A stretch of DNA of 64,000 nt, taken from the NCBI GenBank assembly GCA_041649115.1, contig JBAZNT010000006.1, positions 1,301 through 65,300 on the forward strand, given 5' to 3'. The position numbers and the translations under genes are program-made. The notes under the pieces are model-generated. The model did not search any database, was not told where the DNA came from, and saw only the letters and a list, made by a program, of their open reading frames with translations. Origin of the DNA: Candidatus Omnitrophota bacterium (GTDB lineage: Bacteria > Omnitrophota > Gorgyraeia > Gygaellales > Profunditerraquicolaceae). Below, piece by piece: positions 58,440 through 64,000 of this stretch (position 1 is its first letter; each line of letters begins with the position of its first letter).

Positions 58440-60230
58440 ATGCGAGATTATCTGAAGCTGTTCAGGTTCGTAAAGCCTTATCTGCATCTTTTCGGATTCG
58501 CCTCCATCTGCATGGCATTTTCCGCCTTGTTTGACGGCGTATCGCTGGCAATGATTGTGCCGTTGGCAGATAAGGTCCTTACCAACAAGAAGATAATCGT
58601 ACCCGCCAAGCTTCCTTCTCTGCTGAGCGGGCTGATAGATAAGATTAATGCTACCCCCCCGGCCATACTACTGAATTATATGGCAGTTGCGGTGATAGCC
58701 TTATTCATTCTTAAAGGGATTTTCGGTTTTTTACAGAGTTATCTCATGTCCGACATCGGCCAGCGCGTGGTAAGGGATATCAAGTCCCACCTTTACGAAA
58801 AAATCCAGTCTTTATCACTGGATTACTTCAGCCATAAGCGCGCCGGGGAGTTGATTTCTCGCATTACCAATGACGTTAAACTTGTTGAGAATGCCGTTTC
58901 CTACGGCTCCACCGACCTTATCTACCAGGGGCTGCAGGTAGTCCTCTTTACTTTCCTGATATTCTTCATCCACCCCCGTCTTGCGCTTATTGCCCTGGTG
59001 CTTCTGCCTTTGATAAGCCTGCCGATTGTCAAGGTCGGAAAGGTATTAAGAAAACTCTCCCATCGCAGCCAGGAGAAGATGGCGGACCTGAATTCATTGC
59101 TGCAAGAGACAATCCTGGGCGTACGCATCGTGCGCGCTTTTAATATGGAAGATTACGAGGTCGAAAAATTCAACACCGTAAACCAGGGGTATTACAGGAT
59201 CTGCATGAAGTCCATCAAGCGCCTGCTGCTGTTGGCGCCGGGCACGGAAATCATTGGCGTTATTGCCGGCGTATTCGTTTTTTTCTGGGCAGGACGCGAT
59301 GTGATTGCCGGAAAGCTGTCTTTTGGGGTATTCGGCCTGTTTTTAGGCTCGCTTCTGTCCATGGTGCGGCCTTTCAAGAAACTCAGCCAGGTGAATGCCC
59401 TTAATGAACAGGCGGCTGCCGCCAGTAACCGTATCTACGACGTCTTGGATGCCGCCCCTAGCGTTGTGGATAAGCCCGCTGCTTCAAGTTTGAGCGGTTT
59501 AAATAAAAATATCGTATTTGAGGGGGTTTGGTTCAGTTATAACCATCATGATGTGCTCAGGGACATAAGCCTCGAGGTTAAAAAAGGCGAGGTGTTGGCA
59601 ATTGTGGGTCCCAGCGGAGCCGGGAAATCCACGCTTGTTGACCTTATACCGCGTTTTTACGACCCTAAAAAAGGCAGGATTATGATTGACGGGGTAGATA
59701 TCCGTGATTTTAGCCTGAGTTCGCTACGGGACCAGATCGGCATCGTAACCCAGGAGACCATTCTTTTTAACGATAGCATCCGTTCTAATATAGCCTACGG
59801 CAGACCCGACACTTCTTTAAGCGAGATTGAAAAGGCCGCCAGCCAGGCCCATGCCCACGATTTTATCAGCCGTCTAAGTGCCGGTTACGATACCGTGATA
59901 GGCGACCGCGGCATGAAGCTTTCGGGAGGCGAGCGCCAGCGTATTGCCATTGCGCGCGCCCTCCTGAAAAACCCCCCGATACTTATATTGGATGAAGCTA
60001 CCTCTCAATTGGATACGGAGTCGGAACGCATTGTCCAGGGGGCAATAGATAAGCTGATCCAGGGCCGTACAGTGCTTATAGTCGCCCACCGTCTTTCTAC
60101 GGTGCACAACGCCCATAAAATAATCGTATTGGATAAAGGTGTCCTGATGGAGCAGGGGGCGCACAAGGAGTTGTTGGAGAAAAACGGCCTTTATAGCCGG
60201 CTTTATCAGGTTCAATCCATGAAAAAATGA
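58440..60230 (+). CDS. msbA: ABC transporter permease/ATPase, MsbA-like lipid exporter
   Basis: 596 aa. Six-TM domain, then GPSGAGKST, LSGGERQR and ILILDEATS. Confidence 0.8.
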   Translation: MRDYLKLFRFVKPYLHLFGFASICMAFSALFDGVSLAMIVPLADKVLTNKKIIVPAKLPSLLSGLIDKINATPPAILLNYMAVAVIALFILKGIFGFLQSYLMSDIGQRVVRDIKSHLYEKIQSLSLDYFSHKRAGELISRITNDVKLVENAVSYGSTDLIYQGLQVVLFTFLIFFIHPRLALIALVLLPLISLPIVKVGKVLRKLSHRSQEKMADLNSLLQETILGVRIVRAFNMEDYEVEKFNTVNQGYYRICMKSIKRLLLLAPGTEIIGVIAGVFVFFWAGRDVIAGKLSFGVFGLFLGSLLSMVRPFKKLSQVNALNEQAAAASNRIYDVLDAAPSVVDKPAASSLSGLNKNIVFEGVWFSYNHHDVLRDISLEVKKGEVLAIVGPSGAGKSTLVDLIPRFYDPKKGRIMIDGVDIRDFSLSSLRDQIGIVTQETILFNDSIRSNIAYGRPDTSLSEIEKAASQAHAHDFISRLSAGYDTVIGDRGMKLSGGERQRIAIARALLKNPPILILDEATSQLDTESERIVQGAIDKLIQGRTVLIVAHRLSTVHNAHKIIVLDKGVLMEQGAHKELLEKNGLYSRLYQVQSMKK

Positions 60231-60312
60231 TTAAAAACGCCAAATCCAGCTCTTTCCTTCCGGTAAACCCGTCAATATACTTAAAAATATCCCGATAAAT
60301 CGAAATTTATTA

Positions 60313-60340
60313 TTGCATTGTATTAAATTTATGGTATAGT
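60313..60340 (+). promoter_or_regulatory. sigma70-type promoter (TTGCAT-16-TGgTATAGT)
   Basis: Located upstream of rpsB, with extended -10. Confidence 0.5.
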
Positions 60341-60384
60341 AGAAACTTATCTTATCTAACCGCATAATGAAAGGGGGAGGTTAA

Positions 60385-61254
60385 TTGTCTCTAGAGCTAA
60401 TAAAGCAATTTTTAGAAGCAGGGGTACATTTCGGCCATAAGACGTCGCGCTGGAACCCCAAGATGCAGAAGTTTATCTTCGGCAAAAGGAGCGGCATCTA
60501 TATCATTGATTTGGAGAAGACCGCCTTGGCCCTGGAGAAGGCCAGGGAATTCGTGCGTGAGATTACTGCCAGGGGGGATTCGGTACTTTTTGTCGGCACC
60601 AAGAAGCAGGCCCAGGGCGTGGTCTACGAAGAAGCACTGCGCTGCGGGATGTATTATGTTACCGAGCGCTGGCCGGGCGGGCTCCTGACTAATTTTTCGA
60701 CCATCAAGAAGAGAATAGCGCGCTTGAAGGAAATTGAAAGGATGCAGGAGGACGGGACCTTCCAGAAGCTCACCAAAAAGGAGGTCGCGCGCCTGGAAAA
60801 GGAACTTGCGAAACTCAAGAGAAACTTCGGCGGCATCGTGCAGATGGAGGGGATGCCGGCAGCGGTATTTATCGTGGATACCAAGAAGGAAGCCACGGCA
60901 GTAGATGAGGCCAGGCGGCTGGGCGTGCCGATTATCGGAATCATTGATACCAACGGTAACCCCGATATTATCGATTATCCGATAGCTGGCAATGACGATG
61001 CCACTAAGTCCGTGCGCCTGATTACCAGCCTTATCGCAGATACAGTAATCGAAGGCAGGAAGAAATTCCTCTCTTACCTCTCGGAAAGCGGGGTTGCCCT
61101 TAAGCCCAAGGAAGAAGAGGATATGACAATACTGCCGCAAGAGGAAGCTAAAACCGAAGAGGCAGAGGGGACTGTTGAGAAGGAAACGGAACCAGAAGGT
61201 GAAGGCCCCAAACACCCCAGGAAGAAGGCCCACCCGAAACACGCTACGGAATAA
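60385..61254 (+). CDS. rpsB: 30S ribosomal protein S2
   Basis: 289 aa, TTG start after GGGGGAGG. LLEAGVHFGH motif. Charged C-terminal extension. Confidence 0.95.
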   Translation: MSLELIKQFLEAGVHFGHKTSRWNPKMQKFIFGKRSGIYIIDLEKTALALEKAREFVREITARGDSVLFVGTKKQAQGVVYEEALRCGMYYVTERWPGGLLTNFSTIKKRIARLKEIERMQEDGTFQKLTKKEVARLEKELAKLKRNFGGIVQMEGMPAAVFIVDTKKEATAVDEARRLGVPIIGIIDTNGNPDIIDYPIAGNDDATKSVRLITSLIADTVIEGRKKFLSYLSESGVALKPKEEEDMTILPQEEAKTEEAEGTVEKETEPEGEGPKHPRKKAHPKHATE

Positions 61255-61290
61255 TTTAAATCCGCAACAAGAGAAAGCCGAGGTTTAAAA

Positions 61291-61815
61291 ATGGCAATAT
61301 CGTTGGAATTGATTAAGGAATTAAGAAGCATGACCGCCGCCAGTATCGCAAATTGTAAAAAGGCCTTGGAGGAAGCCAAGGGCGACATTCAGAAGGCGGT
61401 AGGGCTCCTGCGCAAGCGCGGCCTGGAGATTGCCGCTAACAAGCAGGGTAGGATAGCCAAGGAAGGCAGGATTGAGTCCTATGTGCATACCGGCAATAAA
61501 ATAGGCGTTTTAGTGGAACTAAACTGCGAAACTGATTTTGTCGCCAAGAGCAGCGAGTTTTCCCAGTTTGCCAAAGACATTGCCATGCAGGTTGTGGCCT
61601 CCAGCCCTACATATGTCAACAGAGAGGACGTGCCTGCCGATATCATAAAGCACGAATCCGATAAGGAGCTTTTTTATAAGAATAATTGCCTGATGGAGCA
61701 GCCCTTTATAAAAGACATGAGCATTACCATCAAGGATTACCTGGGAAGTATTGTTGCCAAATTCAGCGAGAATATCGCGGTGCGCAGGTTTGTGCGCTAT
61801 AGATTGGGAGAATGA
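61291..61815 (+). CDS. tsf: elongation factor Ts (short form)
   Basis: 174 aa. [34 protein letters not shown]-like N-terminus. Confidence 0.85.
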   Translation: MAISLELIKELRSMTAASIANCKKALEEAKGDIQKAVGLLRKRGLEIAANKQGRIAKEGRIESYVHTGNKIGVLVELNCETDFVAKSSEFSQFAKDIAMQVVASSPTYVNREDVPADIIKHESDKELFYKNNCLMEQPFIKDMSITIKDYLGSIVAKFSENIAVRRFVRYRLGE

Positions 61816-62537
61816 AGCCTAAGGCGGTTTATCAGAGGATAGTCTTAAAGTTAAGCGGCGAGGCCCTGCAGGGGAAGAAATCGCACGGGATAGACCATGT
61901 GGTTTTGTCGGTGCTGGCACGCCAGATTAAAGAAATCAGGTTTCTCGGCGTGGATGTAGCAGTGGTTTTAGGCGCGGGCAATATATTGCGCGGCCAGGAA
62001 AATATTGATTCCCACGGTTTGGACCTGGACCGCTCGGTAGCGGATTACATGGGGATGCTGGCTACGGTAATAAACGGCCTGGCGCTTCAGGATGCCCTTG
62101 AAAAACACGGTATGCCTACCCGCGTGATGACTGCTATTGAAATGGAGAGGATAGCCGAGCCCTATATCCGCAGGCGCGCTATCCGCCATCTCGAAAAAGG
62201 GAGGGTCCTGATATTTGTTGCCGGTACGGGAAACCCCTATTTTACCACCGATACCGCAGCAGCGCTCAGGGCGATGGAAATCAGCGCAGACGCAATACTC
62301 AAGGCCACCAAGGTTGACGGCATATATTCCGCCGACCCGTTTAAAGTCAAGGACGCCAGGATGTTTACACGGGTCAAATACATTGATGTGGTGAAGAAGG
62401 GGCTAAAGGTAATGGATGCTACGGCAGTAACGCTGTGCATGGATAAGAAGATACCCATTATCGTCTTCAATATTAACCGGGAAGGCAATATCAAACGCGT
62501 CGTATTAGGTGAAAAGGTAGGCACGGTAGTAAATTAA
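61812..62537 (+). CDS. pyrH: UMP kinase
   Basis: 241 aa. [11 protein letters not shown] and GAGNILRG motifs. Confidence 0.95.
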   Translation: MKPKAVYQRIVLKLSGEALQGKKSHGIDHVVLSVLARQIKEIRFLGVDVAVVLGAGNILRGQENIDSHGLDLDRSVADYMGMLATVINGLALQDALEKHGMPTRVMTAIEMERIAEPYIRRRAIRHLEKGRVLIFVAGTGNPYFTTDTAAALRAMEISADAILKATKVDGIYSADPFKVKDARMFTRVKYIDVVKKGLKVMDATAVTLCMDKKIPIIVFNINREGNIKRVVLGEKVGTVVN

Positions 62538-62556
62538 ACATTGAAGGAGGCTTGAT

Positions 62557-63117
62557 ATGACCGTTAAAGAGGTATTGCATGGCGGCGAAGAAAAGATGAA
62601 AAAGGCGCTGGAGTCGGTAACCAGGGAGTGCTCGGAAGTAAGGACCGGCAGGGCCAGCCCCAGCCTGGTAGAAGGGCTGCACATCGATTATTACGGAACA
62701 ATGACGCTGGTAAAACAATTGGCTTCCATATCCGTTCCCGATACGCACCTTATTTTAATCCAGCCCTGGGATGCGAGCGTTATCCCGGAAATAGAAAAGG
62801 CAATTATGAAGTCCAATCTTGGCATTACTCCTTCTAACGACGGTAAGTTGGTCAGGCTGGCGGTGCCTCCTCTCTCCAAAGAGAGGCGCCAGGAATTAGT
62901 GAAGGTGGTACATAAGATGGCGGAGGACGGCAGGATATCGCTGCGCACCATAAGAAGGGATTCTAAAGAGACCCTGGAGAAACTAGAAAAGGATAAAGGG
63001 ATTTCAGAGGATGATAAGTTTCGCGGAGTTGACGAACTGCAGAAGATGGTAGACCGCTATATCGCTAAGGTCGACGAGCTCCTGAAGAACAAAGAGAAAG
63101 AAATACTGGAGTTTTAA
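62557..63117 (+). CDS. frr: ribosome recycling factor
   Basis: 186 aa. Typical Frr sequence (RTGRASPSLVEGL..., ISEDD). Confidence 0.95.
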   Translation: MTVKEVLHGGEEKMKKALESVTRECSEVRTGRASPSLVEGLHIDYYGTMTLVKQLASISVPDTHLILIQPWDASVIPEIEKAIMKSNLGITPSNDGKLVRLAVPPLSKERRQELVKVVHKMAEDGRISLRTIRRDSKETLEKLEKDKGISEDDKFRGVDELQKMVDRYIAKVDELLKNKEKEILEF

Positions 63118-63126
63118 TTTAGATTC

Positions 63127-63199
63127 GGGCCACTAGCTCATCTGGTAGAGCACCACCCTTTTAAGGTGGGTGTGCCGCGTTCGAGTCGCGGGTGGCTCA
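63127..63199 (+). tRNA. tRNA-Lys (anticodon TTT)
   Basis: 73-nt cloverleaf folded by hand. Acceptor GGGCCAC/GTGGCTC, anticodon loop CTTTTAA, T-arm CCGCG-TTCGAGT-CGCGG. No encoded CCA. Confidence 0.9.
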
Positions 63200-63326
63200 C
63201 TGAATTATTTCCCAAAACGAGAACGCCAAGAGGGTGCGGGGGAAGCGATTCCCGCCGCGCTTTCGGGGTAACAGCGAGGCGAAGACGAGCGCCATAGGGG
63301 CAGAGCCCCTTTGGGGAGCGAAGCGA

Positions 63327-63361
63327 CGCGTTCGAGTCGCGGGTGGCTCACTGAACTATTT
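63327..63361 (+). repeat. second copy of the tRNA-Lys T-arm/3' acceptor strand plus 11-nt flank
   Basis: 35 nt matching 63176-63210 with one mismatch, at an offset of 151 bp. Confidence 0.9.
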
Positions 63362-63381
63362 TAATATTCTGCCTCTTTAAA

Positions 63382-63463
63382 GGGCGGATGGCGGAATTGG
63401 CAGACGCGATAGCCTTAGGAGCTATTGGGGTAACCCTTGGAGGTTCAAATCCTCTTCCGCCCA
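63382..63463 (+). tRNA. tRNA-Leu (anticodon TAG)
   Basis: 82-nt class II tRNA. Acceptor GGGCGGA/TCCGCCC, anticodon loop CTTAGGA, long variable arm, T-loop TTCAAAT. Confidence 0.9.
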
Positions 63464-63538
63464 TTAAAAGAAATAAACATCAGCGAACGATTCGGTATGC
63501 GGCGCTTATTGGGTTACGCCGGCAGGCCGTTAGATATT

Positions 63539-63615
<77 letters not shown>

Positions 63616-63763
63616 GATTTTAGAGAATATAGGGATTTGAACAAAAGAGGAGTTTGAGGGGAAAAGATGATTTTCCCCTCAAGAATAACATCTGTGTTAA
63701 AGCTGCGGGGTGACAGGAAGGAGTGAAACGACTGACGTCATAAGGGGCAGGGAGCCCCTATGA

Positions 63764-63791
63764 CGGGTTCAAATCCCGTCTCCCGCTCCAG
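63764..63791 (+). repeat. second copy of the tRNA-Gly T-arm/3' acceptor strand with CCA
   Basis: 28/28 nt identical to 63589-63616, at an offset of 175 bp. Confidence 0.9.
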
Positions 63792-63845
63792 CACAAAATA
63801 ATAAAAACCTTACCCTAAAAAGCCACGAGAAAAGGAGAACCGGTT

Positions 63846-64000
63846 ATGAAAATCACGGATTTTTTATCAATCAAGGCGATCAGCACGGATTTAAAATCCA
63901 CGAAGAAAGAAGACGTAATGAAGGAGCTCGTAGATGTGCTTATAAACGCGGGTGAGGTAGAGAAGGATAGGCGTTCGAGGCTTATCGACTCTCTGATGAC
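63846..64000 (+). CDS. PTS EIIA-type (PtsN-like) protein, 5' part only (runs off the window)
   Basis: RBS AAAGGAGAA, ATG at 63846. MKITDFLSIKAISTDLKSTKKEDVMKELVDVL is typical of the EIIA-Ntr N-terminus. Confidence 0.55.
   Translation, partial: MKITDFLSIKAISTDLKSTKKEDVMKELVDVLINAGEVEKDRRSRLIDSLM

Noticed and set aside
60412-61242. 276-aa ORF on the minus strand
   Set aside because: Antisense to rpsB (clear S2 sequence). It is a shadow ORF.

Overview
Densely packed bacterial chromosomal segment, mostly + strand. lpxB and msbA indicate a diderm; the content looks anaerobe-like (Rex, NfnAB-like pair, many radical SAM enzymes). No rRNA, CRISPR array, transposase or integrase gene was seen.

Layout:
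- 1-9.4 kb: accessory envelope-modification cluster. It holds two radical SAM enzymes, a GT-C/ArnT-like transferase, WbqC, a pair of U32 proteins, an O-antigen-ligase-like protein and a GT2.
- 9.4-13.4 kb: rex, then an operon of two tandem Ddl-like ATP-grasp ligases plus a KamA-type lysine 2,3-aminomutase. The operon sits behind a promoter, uORF and terminator leader.
- 13.6-21.2 kb: EF-G paralogue, P-loop-less YchF-like protein, purH, folC, mnmE, folE.
- 21.2-27.7 kb: PilZ/HAMP/membrane proteins, a TPR membrane protein and two SGNH hydrolases. One SGNH gene carries near-identical 102-bp TPR tandem repeats.
- 29.6-51.6 kb: large nitrogen/glutamine block. It contains NfnAB-like genes, an FMN-type GltB-like gene, nadE, a sigma factor, amt-glnK, glnA, a GATase, a Fis-type HTH, gltBD, pyrG, carA and only the N-terminal half of carB.
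- 51.6-63.1 kb: mazG, a beta-CASP hydrolase, a divergent L27, an M48 peptidase, lpxB with a Gfo/Idh/MocA oxidoreductase, msbA, and rpsB-tsf-pyrH-frr.
- 63.1-63.8 kb: a three-tRNA array, then the 5' end of ptsN.

Most notable non-coding signals:
- Spacer modules in the tRNA array include duplicated tRNA 3' halves.
- A REPIN/MITE-like palindromic element (TTAGGGACGGTTCT ends) occurs three times, directly after stop codons.
- Recurrent consensus promoter, short leader and intrinsic terminator modules precede glutamine-using genes.
- A GC-rich structured intergenic island lies upstream of msbA.

All functional calls come from motif and sequence recognition by eye. No searches were run.
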